From contig OZ223521.1 in the NCBI GenBank assembly GCA_965140785.1, forward strand, positions 1-64,000: a DNA stretch of 64,000 nucleotides, given 5' to 3'. This stretch comes from an uncultured Ruficoccus sp. GTDB taxonomy: Bacteria; Verrucomicrobiota; Verrucomicrobiia; Opitutales; Cerasicoccaceae. The position numbers and the translations under genes were made by a program. The notes under the pieces were generated by a model. The model searched no databases. It was not told where the DNA came from and saw nothing but the letters and a program-made list of their open reading frames with translations. Below, one piece after another: positions 1 through 7,978 of this stretch. Position 1 is the first letter of the stretch; the number at the start of each line of letters is the position of its first letter.

Positions 1-965
1 ACCCAGAAGCGCGTCTTGCGCGGGAGCGCGTCCCAGCCGTAGAAGGCCAGGGTCTCCTGGATAGCCTCGCGGCGGGCCTCCAGGCGGAAGCGCTTGCGGG
101 GGTCGTCCTGATTGCGCCAGCGTGAGTGTAGCCAGAGCCAGTCGGCGCAGACCTCGTCGCCGCTTTGGAGCTTTTGCTCCAGCCATTGGTTGGCCGTGAG
201 CATGACCTCGATCGCCTTGGGCGGACAGGAAAATACTTCGGCCCGGACGCGTCCGCGCCAGAAGCCCGTGCGCTCGGTGTAGAGGATGCCGGTGCGGGTC
301 TTGCGGCGCTGGGCGAGCAGGCCGGGCAGGTCGGTGGTCGAGGCCACCCGGCCGAAAAAGGTCGTCAGTACGCCGTGGTTGCCGGCGTTCTGATCGAAGA
401 GCACGCACAAGACGCCCTTGTTTTCGATCATCTTCATGGCGGTGCCGAAGCCCTCCTTGCGCGAGAGCAGCTTGATGCCGAAGCGCTCGCGGGTGCGCTT
501 GACCCAGCGGTCCAGACCGGGCTGGTTGAGGGGGCGGAAGATCACGCCGATGGTGGGAAACTCTTCCCCGTAAAGCGCGGGCAGGGCGGTCAGCGCCTCC
601 ATGAGCGAGAAGTGGGGGATCATGATCACGCCCGCCTGACGGTCGGCCAGGTCTTTGGCGATCTCGTCCTGGAGGTCGGCATCGAGCGTGAAGTGCCGCC
701 GCAGCCGTTCCCGGGAAAAGGCCGGGCTGGCCAGCACGTACAGGCTCATCTCGACCGTGCGGCGGCAACTCGTGCGCCCGATGCGCCGGTGCCACTCTCG
801 GGGACGGTCAGGAAAGGCGTGGTGCAGGTTCGAGAGCAGAGCGCGGCGGCGCTTGGGCAGGCCGAAGTAGAGCGCGTCCCCGACGAGCTTGCAGAAGCAT
901 TCGGAGACTTTTAAAGGCAGGCAGGCGACGAGGCGCCCCAGACTGTCGAGCAGAAAGCCGATCAC
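1..965 (-). CDS. Lipid A late acyltransferase, LpxL/HtrB (lysophospholipid acyltransferase) family; 3' end runs off the window
   Basis: Not in the ORF track because it is partial. Hand translation from GTG at 965 gives ...LLSNLHHAFPD...IMIPHFSLMEAL (H-x4-E)...IFRPLNQPGLDRWVKRTRERFG...VLFDQNAG...FFGRVASTT, typical LpxL-family motifs. Confidence 0.85.
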   Translation of the reverse strand, partial: MIGFLLDSLGRLVACLPLKVSECFCKLVGDALYFGLPKRRRALLSNLHHAFPDRPREWHRRIGRTSCRRTVEMSLYVLASPAFSRERLRRHFTLDADLQDEIAKDLADRQAGVIMIPHFSLMEALTALPALYGEEFPTIGVIFRPLNQPGLDRWVKRTRERFGIKLLSRKEGFGTAMKMIENKGVLCVLFDQNAGNHGVLTTFFGRVASTTDLPGLLAQRRKTRTGILYTERTGFWRGRVRAEVFSCPPKAIEVMLTANQWLEQKLQSGDEVCADWLWLHSRWRNQDDPRKRFRLEARREAIQETLAFYGWDALPRKTRFW

Positions 966-1051
966 CCCGCTAGCAGAGCCGCAATCGGCCCCAGGCCCAA
1001 GTCAAAAATGCGGCTGGACGACGAGCCGCGCACCCGGTTTTAATCAGGGGC

Positions 1052-2449
1052 TTGGAACTTCTCATCATCAAGCCCTCCTCCCTGGGCGACATCATCCACG
1101 GCCTTCAGGCCGCCCAGTCGCTCAAAAACCAGCGGCCCGACGTGCGCATCACGTGGGTGGTGCGGGAGATATTTGCCCCGCTGGTGGAGGCTTGCGCGTG
1201 CGTGGACGCGGTCATTGTTTTTCACCGAAAAACCGGCATCAGCGGCCTGCGCCAGTGTATCGGTGAGATTCGCCAACACCGCTACGACTGGGTCTGGGAT
1301 ATGCAGGGGCTGGCCCGTAGCGGTCTGATGACCTGGCGCGCCCGCGCCGCGAAAAAGGCCGGTCGTCGCGACTCGCGCGAAGGCGCCCGCCTGGCCTACC
1401 AAGTGATGCCCGAACTGCCCCCCGCCGGACGCCAGGCCCACGCCCTCGACATTCTCTTGCAATTTCTCCCGCTGCTCGGCCTGGAGCCGCGTATCGACGA
1501 ACCACTACGCTTCCGCGAAGGTAAAACGGAAAACCTTCCCCCCGAGGTCGCCGGGTCGGTGGTGCTCTTTCCCGGCAGCCGCCGCGCCGAAAAGGAGTGG
1601 CCGGGCTTCGCCGCGCTGACGGAAAAACTTTTAACCGCCGAGCCCGCCTGCCGGATCGTCTGGGCGGGCGACCAGCCCGTGACCGCTCCCGCCGAGTGGC
1701 CGCGCGAGCGCTTCTTAAACCTCACCGCAAAGACCACGCTGCCCGAGCTGCTGCCGCTCATCGCCGGGGCGCGCCTGTGTGTGTGCAACGACAGCGGCCC
1801 CATGCACCTGGCCGCCGCCCTCGGCACCGAACTGGTGGCTATCTTCGGGCCGACACCGCCCGAGCGCTTCGGCCCGTGGCCGCTGGAGAACCCGTGCCAT
1901 CACGTCGTCCGCGCCCCCGAAGGGGGATTGGCCGTGCTGGAAGTGGAGGAGGTTTTCGCAGCCGTGGAGCAGGCCCTCGGCCAGCCCGCGTCGGTGCGAC
2001 TGGTGCGCTTCGAGTCGCGCCACGCCGAGCCCTTTCGCAGCCTGAATCTGGCGTGGATCGAGAAATACTTCGCCGTCGAGGAGCAGGACCGCCGCGTGCT
2101 GGATGATCCCGAGCGGACCATCGTTGAGCCCGGCGGCGATATCGTGGTGGCCGAGGCCGCTGGTCAGGTCGTCGGGGTGGGGGCCTTGCAGTTCATCGAG
2201 CCCGGCTACTACGAGCTGGCCAAGATGGCTGTTGATCCGTCCTGGCAAGGGCAGGGCATCGGCCGTCAGCTCATGACTGGCCTGATTGCCCGCGCCCGCG
2301 AACTGGGCGCAAAGCGCGTGCTGATTTTAAGCAACACCCGTCTCGGCCCGGCCCTGCACTTATACCGCGCCTTCGGCTTTCACGAAATCCCCATCCCCCC
2401 GGACCAGCACTACCAGCGCGTGGACGCCGCCCTGGAGCTGAAGCTCTGA
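1052..2449 (+). CDS. Glycosyltransferase family 9 (LPS heptosyltransferase WaaC/F-like) fused to a C-terminal GNAT acetyltransferase
   Basis: N-terminal IIKPSSLGDIIH, DMQGLARS and CNDSGPMHLAAALG are GT9 motifs. C-terminal ELAKMAVDPSWQGQGIGRQL and ALHLYRAFGF are GNAT motifs. Confidence 0.9.
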   Translation: MELLIIKPSSLGDIIHGLQAAQSLKNQRPDVRITWVVREIFAPLVEACACVDAVIVFHRKTGISGLRQCIGEIRQHRYDWVWDMQGLARSGLMTWRARAAKKAGRRDSREGARLAYQVMPELPPAGRQAHALDILLQFLPLLGLEPRIDEPLRFREGKTENLPPEVAGSVVLFPGSRRAEKEWPGFAALTEKLLTAEPACRIVWAGDQPVTAPAEWPRERFLNLTAKTTLPELLPLIAGARLCVCNDSGPMHLAAALGTELVAIFGPTPPERFGPWPLENPCHHVVRAPEGGLAVLEVEEVFAAVEQALGQPASVRLVRFESRHAEPFRSLNLAWIEKYFAVEEQDRRVLDDPERTIVEPGGDIVVAEAAGQVVGVGALQFIEPGYYELAKMAVDPSWQGQGIGRQLMTGLIARARELGAKRVLILSNTRLGPALHLYRAFGFHEIPIPPDQHYQRVDAALELKL

Positions 2450-2452
2450 TTG

Positions 2453-2665
2453 CTCACACAGAGGCACCGTGGCACGGAGGTTTTGCGGACAGCGTTTTCC
2501 GATTACCCTTTCTCAAAAAAACGCTCTAAACAAAGTCGTAATCTGTGGATACAACATTTCTTAAATTGCTCTGGATAAAAAAACAGGCCGGAAGAATGGG
2601 TGTTTTCTTCCTTACTGGTCTTCTCGACCTTCCTGTTAAATCAAACCTCCGTGCCCTTGTGTGAG
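2453..2665. repeat. 8-nt-periodic inverted repeat pair (CACAGAGG/CACCGTGG/CACGGAGG) with a nested 9-nt-periodic arm
   Basis: 2453-2483 CTCACACAGAGGCACCGTGGCACGGAGGTTT versus 2643-2665 AAACCTCCGTGCCCTTGTGTGAG. The reverse complement of 2607-2640 is TTTAACAGGAAGGTCGAGAAGACCAGTAAGGAAG. Confidence 0.7.
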
Positions 2666-2673
2666 GTGAAAAA

Positions 2674-4602
2674 TCACTCCTGTGAGGCCAGCAGGTCGGA
2701 GAGGTCCTTGTCGGCGAAGTAGGTCTCGAAGATGGCGCGGGCGACCGGGGCGGCAGTTTTGCCCCCGGCGTAGTGGTCGCCGGGGTCGAGGCCCTCCATG
2801 ACCACGGCGATGGCGATCTGCGGGTTTTCCGCCGGGGCGAAACCGAGGAACCAGGCCAGGGTGATCTTGCCGCTGGGGCGCTTGACCTGGGCGGTGCCGG
2901 TTTTGCCCGCGATCTGCACGCCGTCCACCATGGCGAAGCGGGCGGTACCGTGCGGCCCGGCGGCGGCCTCCATCCCCTCGACAATGCCGCGGTACTGCGC
3001 GTCGGTCAGGCCGAGCGGTTCGCCGCCGTGATCGACGGGCTTCTGCTCGGGGTCGTGTAAAAGGGTGACGCGGGTGCGGGTCTCACGCCGGGCCAGAGAG
3101 GCGGCGTAGGCGGCCATCTGGAGCGGGGTGACGAAGAGGTCGCCCTGGCCGATGGAGACGTTGGCGGTGTCGCCGGGGTTCCAGCCGCGCCCGTCGCGCT
3201 CCTTTCTCCAGGCGGGGGTGGGGACGATCATGCGGGTGGCCTCGTAGGGGACCTCGATGCCGGTGGGCTCGGCCAAGCCGAGGCGTTTGGCCTCGGCGGC
3301 GATGTTCTCGATCCCGGCCCGCAGGCCGACCTGGTAAAAGTACACGTTGCTGCTCTTCTGAAGAGCCTTGCGCAGGTCCACCTCGCCGAAGCTGGCGTGG
3401 CTGTGCTCGGGGAAAAGCCGGTTGCCGACGCGGAAGTGCGTGCCGCACTGAAGGATTTCGTCCGGTTCGAGCACGCCGTTGCGCATGGCGGCGATGGCGG
3501 TGATCATCTTGAAGGTCGAGCCGGGCGCGTAAAGGCCCTGGGTGGCGCGGTTGTAGAGCGCACCTTCCTCGACGGCCTTGTCCCAGGCTTCCTTGCGGAT
3601 GAAGGGCGAGAAGTCGTTCAAGTTGTAGCGGGGCTGGCTGGCGAGGACGAGCACCTCGCCGGTTTTGACATCGAGGGCGACGGCGGCGCCGGTCTTATCG
3701 CCCATGGCGGCCTCGGCGGCCAGTTGCATGTCGATGTCGAGGCTGGTGATGACGTCGTTGCCCTGCTTGGCGGGGATCTCGACCAGCGGCTTGTCGTACT
3801 GGAACTGAAAACGGTCCACCACCCAGATCTCGCCCCCGGAGGTGCCCTGGAGCTGTTCGTCGAAGGCCTTTTCGAGACCGTTTTTGCCCACCTCGCTTTT
3901 GTAGTGGAAAGTCTTTAAATCGTCGCCGGGGATGGCGTCCTCTTTCAAGCCGGTGGGGTTGGCCACGACGTAGCCGAGCGTGTGGCAGGCGGTCGGCCCG
4001 AAGGGGTAATCGCGCGCCGTGTCGGTGTAAATATCAATGGGCGAGCCCAGCGGAAGCTGCTCAATGAGGCGGGCGTACTCGTCCGGCTCCAGGTCGCCCA
4101 TGAGCGGGTAGGGCATGAGGAGCTTGTTCCAGTAGTGGCGCTGGAGGTCGCGCAGGGTGACTTTGTCGCCGGTGCCGAGAATGGCGTTGATCTGGTCGAG
4201 GTAGCGCTGGAGGACGATCCGCTTCGATTCCCAGCGCAGGTCCTGCCAGTCGAAGCGGAAGGGCTCGTCGGGATTTTTTGCCTGGTGCTCCTCGCGCATG
4301 GTGTTGAGCAGCTTCGAGTACTCCTTGTCAAACTCCTCGCGCAGCTCGCGCAGGTACACCACCGCCGAGAAGCGCGGGCGGTTGCCGACCAGAACATTGC
4401 CGTGGCGGTCGAGGATGTTTCCGCGTGGTCCCGGCTGGATGACGCGCCGCATATTCTGGCGCTCCTCCTTCTGCTTCCACTCGCCCTGCAGGATGAGCTG
4501 CCGCCAGGCCAGCCCGGCCACCAGCACGGCGAACATCGCCCCGAGCGCGATAAAAAACACGTTCAGGCGCGGGTTCCACTGTTTGAAATGGTCGAACTTC
4601 AT
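2674..4602 (-). CDS. mrdA: Penicillin-binding protein 2
   Basis: N-terminal TM, RGNILDR, PGSTFK (SxxK), SSN (SxN), KTGTAQ; lies downstream of mreBCD. Confidence 0.95.
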   Translation of the reverse strand: MKFDHFKQWNPRLNVFFIALGAMFAVLVAGLAWRQLILQGEWKQKEERQNMRRVIQPGPRGNILDRHGNVLVGNRPRFSAVVYLRELREEFDKEYSKLLNTMREEHQAKNPDEPFRFDWQDLRWESKRIVLQRYLDQINAILGTGDKVTLRDLQRHYWNKLLMPYPLMGDLEPDEYARLIEQLPLGSPIDIYTDTARDYPFGPTACHTLGYVVANPTGLKEDAIPGDDLKTFHYKSEVGKNGLEKAFDEQLQGTSGGEIWVVDRFQFQYDKPLVEIPAKQGNDVITSLDIDMQLAAEAAMGDKTGAAVALDVKTGEVLVLASQPRYNLNDFSPFIRKEAWDKAVEEGALYNRATQGLYAPGSTFKMITAIAAMRNGVLEPDEILQCGTHFRVGNRLFPEHSHASFGEVDLRKALQKSSNVYFYQVGLRAGIENIAAEAKRLGLAEPTGIEVPYEATRMIVPTPAWRKERDGRGWNPGDTANVSIGQGDLFVTPLQMAAYAASLARRETRTRVTLLHDPEQKPVDHGGEPLGLTDAQYRGIVEGMEAAAGPHGTARFAMVDGVQIAGKTGTAQVKRPSGKITLAWFLGFAPAENPQIAIAVVMEGLDPGDHYAGGKTAAPVARAIFETYFADKDLSDLLASQE

Positions 4603-4727
4603 GCGGGCACAGAGAGGACAGGTTGCGGGAAAGCGCTTATCCTACTGACTCCCCCCGGGCGGGGAAAGTTCGAAAAAAGCGAATGTTTTGTGGGGAGCCG
4701 ATCGGCAAAGAGGTTTTCTATTTTATT

Positions 4728-4889
4728 TTAACCGCAAAGACGCAAAGACGCAAAGGCACAAAGATCAACGGAGAAGGTGAGAGGCTGGCAAGTGTCGGGA
4801 GCAACGATTCGAAAAAGGAAAGCAGGAACTGACCGGGCCATCCCCGCCTTTACCTTACCCCCTTTGCGCCTTCGCGTCTTTGCGGTTAA
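4728..4889. repeat. 8-nt-periodic (CGCAAAGA) 29-bp inverted repeat pair
   Basis: 4728-4756 TTAACCGCAAAGACGCAAAGACGCAAAGG and 4861-4889 CCTTTGCGCCTTCGCGTCTTTGCGGTTAA are 27/29 complementary. Confidence 0.9.
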
Positions 4890-4929
4890 TCTCCTTCTTT
4901 CCCAGGCAGGCCGAGAGGGAGTAGAAGGG

Positions 4930-5454
4930 TCACACGCTCTCCGGGGCTTCGCTGCCGGAGCCCCCAAGATAGAGCAGCCAGCGCTCCCAACTGAAAAACC
5001 ACCAGCCGATCAGTGGCAGGGCCAGGGTGGAGAGGAGAAGGTCGCTGCCGATGCGCAGCCAGTAGGCGCTGTTGCCCAGCAGTGGGCCGGCCAGCAGCAG
5101 GCTTTGGATGAGGATGAGCAGCGCGTTGAGCCCGAGCGCGACCAGGATCAGCTGCCCCAGTCCGGCGCGGGCCAGCCCGTGCTGAAACCCCTGCAAGGCC
5201 GTGACCACGACAATAAACAGAATCGAGTGAAAGCCGAAACTGACCGGCAACGGCGCGTCGATCAGCATTCCGGTGGCGAAGACCAGCAGCAGCGCCCACC
5301 CCTGGCGCATGCACGCCGCCGGCAGGATCAGGTAGAGCGCGTTCAGGCTCAGGGTCAGACCGCTGGAGCCGAGCGCGTCGTTGATCATTTGCAGCAGCCA
5401 GAACAGCAACACGTTGCTCGCGGCCAGCAGCCACCCGCGCAGGTCAATTTCCAT
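4930..5454 (-). CDS. mreD: Rod shape-determining membrane protein, MreD-like
   Basis: 174-aa polytopic membrane protein overlapping the end of mreC and preceding mrdA; assigned by synteny. Confidence 0.75.
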   Translation of the reverse strand: MEIDLRGWLLAASNVLLFWLLQMINDALGSSGLTLSLNALYLILPAACMRQGWALLLVFATGMLIDAPLPVSFGFHSILFIVVVTALQGFQHGLARAGLGQLILVALGLNALLILIQSLLLAGPLLGNSAYWLRIGSDLLLSTLALPLIGWWFFSWERWLLYLGGSGSEAPESV

Positions 5455-6328
5455 ACCGGGCCTCCTCGGTGGGCGGCGGCCCCGCGACGGCGGGGGGCGT
5501 CTCCTCCTCGATCGGGATGACGACGGCGACCTCGCGCAGCGCGCCCAGGTCCGGGTTGAGCTGCACGCTGCCCTGCTGGAAAAATCCGTCCGAGCCCGGC
5601 GTCAGCTCCATCACCTGGCCGATGGTCAGCCCCTCGGGGAAAATCCCGCCCAGCGGCGAGGAAACCAGCCGCAACGGCTGGGAGGGGGTGACTTTGACCG
5701 CGGCCGGGACGTTGAGCACCTCGCCCAGCGGGTTGCTGAAGGGTGGGTTGAGCACGCCCTGGTACGTCACCGGGCGGTTCTCGCCCACGACGTTGGCCGC
5801 CATGCGGAAGCCGCTACTGGAAACCAGCTCGACGATCGCGGTGGTGGCGTGGACCTCGCGCACGCGGCCCACCACGCCGCCTTTATAAATGACCGCCGCG
5901 CCGACGGGGATGCCGTAGTTCCTGCCCTTGCGGATGGTTATCTGCTGCCACCAGGCGGAGAGGTCCCGCCGGGCGACTCGCGCCACTTCGTAGCGGAAGT
6001 CCGGGCGGGAGGGCAGCTCAAGCAGGGTTTCCAGCCGGGAAACGTCGGCGGCGAGCGAACGGTTGTCCTGGAGCTGGACGGTCAGGCGGGCATTCTCACG
6101 GGCCAGGTCGCGCCCGGCCTCGATCATCTCACGCTTGGACTGGCCGCGCATCGTCCAGTAGCTCTGCAAATCCTCCAGGTGCGACTCGGCCACCATCATC
6201 GGGGCCTGAAATTCATAAAAGCCGGCCTGCAGCCAGCGCTTGACCATGACCGGTGTCACCCACCACGCCGCCAGAAACACCAGCAGCACCACGAGCGGCT
6301 TGAACTGGCTGAGGCGTTTAAGGGCCAT
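5444..6328 (-). CDS. mreC: Rod shape-determining protein MreC
   Basis: TM, coiled coil, ITIRKGRNYGI...GVVGRV, SSPLGGIFPEGLTIG; follows mreB. Confidence 0.93.
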   Translation of the reverse strand: MALKRLSQFKPLVVLLVFLAAWWVTPVMVKRWLQAGFYEFQAPMMVAESHLEDLQSYWTMRGQSKREMIEAGRDLARENARLTVQLQDNRSLAADVSRLETLLELPSRPDFRYEVARVARRDLSAWWQQITIRKGRNYGIPVGAAVIYKGGVVGRVREVHATTAIVELVSSSGFRMAANVVGENRPVTYQGVLNPPFSNPLGEVLNVPAAVKVTPSQPLRLVSSPLGGIFPEGLTIGQVMELTPGSDGFFQQGSVQLNPDLGALREVAVVIPIEEETPPAVAGPPPTEEARYGN

Positions 6329-6331
6329 GGG

Positions 6332-6490
6332 GTTACTCGTTCCTAGTGCTTGGTGCTTTGTTCTTGGTGGGGTGCCTTAGGCGTTACCTTGCCGGTCAAT
6401 TCCATCACATGGAATGGGGATATGAAGACCGGCTCTGATCACAAGGTACCTGCAACAAAGAACCAAGCACAAAGAACGAAGAACAGTAAC
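6332..6490. repeat. 7-nt-periodic imperfect inverted repeat pair
   Basis: 6454-6484 AACAAAG AACCAAG CACAAAG AACGAAG AAC; complementary arm 6337-6368; closed by GTTACT/AGTAAC. Confidence 0.8.
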
Positions 6491-6495
6491 TTCGC

Positions 6496-7503
6496 TCAGC
6501 TGGCGTCCTTGAGCCACCAGGAAAGGTCCTGCAGGACGATGCCCGTGCCGTTGGCGACCGCGCTGAGCGGGTCGTCGGCGATGATGACGGGCAGGCCGGT
6601 GGCCTCGCTCAGGAGCTTGTCCAGATTGCGGATCATGGAGCCGCCTCCGGCCATGACGATGCCGCGGTCCACCAAGTCGGCGGAGAGTTCCGGCGGGCAG
6701 CGTTCCAGCGCCGAGCGCACGACCTCAATGATGGAGTTGAAAACGTCGGCCAGCGCCTCGCGGATTTCCTGCGAGGTGATGTGAAGGGTTTTCGGCAGCC
6801 CGGCGACCGAGTCGCGGCCCTTGACCTCCATGGTCAGCTCTTCCTCCAGCGGGTAGGCCGAGCCGATGCGCATCTTGATGTCCTCAGCGGTGCGCTCCCC
6901 GATCATGAGGTTGTAGGCGCGCTTCATGTAGGCCATGATGGCGTTGTCCATCTCGTCACCGCCCACGCGCAGGCTGCGCGTGAAGACCACCCCGGCCAGG
7001 GAAATAATCGCCACCTCGGTGGTGCCCCCGCCGATGTCCACAATCATGTTGGCGGAGGGCTCTTCGATGGGCAGGCCCACGCCGATAGCGGCGGCCATGG
7101 GCTCCTCCAGCAAGAGCACTTCGCGGGCTCCGGCGTGGATGGCGGACTCCTTCACGGCGCGTCGCTCGACCTCGGTGATCCCCGAGGGAACGGCCACGAC
7201 CACGCGCGGCGGTACAAATTTTGTGTTGTGCGCGACCTTCTGGATAAAGTGCCGCAGCATCGCCTCGGTGATCTCGAAGTCGGCGATGACCCCGTCCTTC
7301 ATCGGGCGCAGGGCGGTGATGTTGCCCGGCGTACGGCCCAGCATGCGCTTGGCCTCAATGCCGACGGCGCGCACTTTTTTGGTGTTGTTATAGACCGCGA
7401 CGACGCTGGGTTCGCGCAGGATGATGCCCTTGTCGCGAACGAAGACCAGACAGTTCGCCGTGCCCAAGTCGATACCGATGTCGTTGGATAGGAAGCCTAG
7501 CAC
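6496..7503 (-). CDS. mreB: Rod shape-determining actin MreB
   Basis: IGIDLGTAN, RPMKDGVIADF, DIGGGTTE, GGGS. Start taken at GTG 7503; the ORF track gives 7515. Confidence 0.97.
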   Translation of the reverse strand: MLGFLSNDIGIDLGTANCLVFVRDKGIILREPSVVAVYNNTKKVRAVGIEAKRMLGRTPGNITALRPMKDGVIADFEITEAMLRHFIQKVAHNTKFVPPRVVVAVPSGITEVERRAVKESAIHAGAREVLLLEEPMAAAIGVGLPIEEPSANMIVDIGGGTTEVAIISLAGVVFTRSLRVGGDEMDNAIMAYMKRAYNLMIGERTAEDIKMRIGSAYPLEEELTMEVKGRDSVAGLPKTLHITSQEIREALADVFNSIIEVVRSALERCPPELSADLVDRGIVMAGGGSMIRNLDKLLSEATGLPVIIADDPLSAVANGTGIVLQDLSWWLKDAS

Positions 7504-7683
7504 GTCGATATACACACCGGGCGGGCGCGTCTTGTCAAAGGCATTTTATTGGTTGGCAACAAGATATTTGCATGGGGAGTGCTTAGGCGCAATGGAATGT
7601 CGGAGTTTTTCGCTGCTTTTATTCCGGCTAATGGGAGGAGCAGAGATGTTTCTGGATTTTGCCGGTAATACTGAAGACACAGC

Positions 7684-7827
7684 CTACAGTTTCAGCCCCC
7701 ATTCCAGAAGGAAATAGACCAGCGTGAATAATCCGAGACAGACCGGGATACTCAGGCCTGGCAGGCGCAGGCTGTGTTCGGAAGAGGAGGGCTTGGTGGA
7801 CTTGGAGGAAGTGGTTTTTGTTTTCAT
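7684..7827 (-). CDS. Small 47-aa single-pass membrane peptide (hypothetical)
   Basis: Hand translation MKTKTTSSKSTKPSSSEHSLRLPGLSIPVCLGLFTLVYFLLEWGLKL; AGGAG RBS 4 nt before the ATG; below the ORF-track size cut-off. Confidence 0.6.
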   Translation of the reverse strand: MKTKTTSSKSTKPSSSEHSLRLPGLSIPVCLGLFTLVYFLLEWGLKL

Positions 7828-7873
7828 GCTTCTCCTATAACTTGCGTCATGCCAGTCTTGGGGTATTTATTGT

Positions 7874-7886
7874 TAAGTTGTTGATA
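7874..7886 (-). promoter_or_regulatory. IHF-type binding site in an AT-rich divergent promoter region
   Basis: Minus strand TATCAACAACTTA is a perfect WATCAANNNNTTR match. Confidence 0.6.
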
Positions 7887-7978
7887 TATAATTGTTTAAT
7901 TGTTTATTTTTGGTGGGCTTTGTGTTGGTATTTGGTTTGGTATTGACGTTTGATGGAGGGTGGATAGACAAAAAATGT

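Noticed and set aside
165..914. 249-aa + strand ORF
   Set aside because: Antisense shadow of the LpxL-family gene on the minus strand.
4728..6490. Possible CRISPR or other guide-RNA array
   Set aside because: The repeats are short-period tandem units in inverted pairs, not direct repeats separated by unique spacers, and no cas genes are present.
7553..7572. TGGCAAC...TTGCA as a sigma54 promoter
   Set aside because: GG-to-GC spacing is 3 nt too long and it points away from mreB.
7892..7978. N-terminal extension of the sigma54 activator given by the ORF track
   Set aside because: AT-rich promoter-like DNA; ATG 7979 is the more plausible start.
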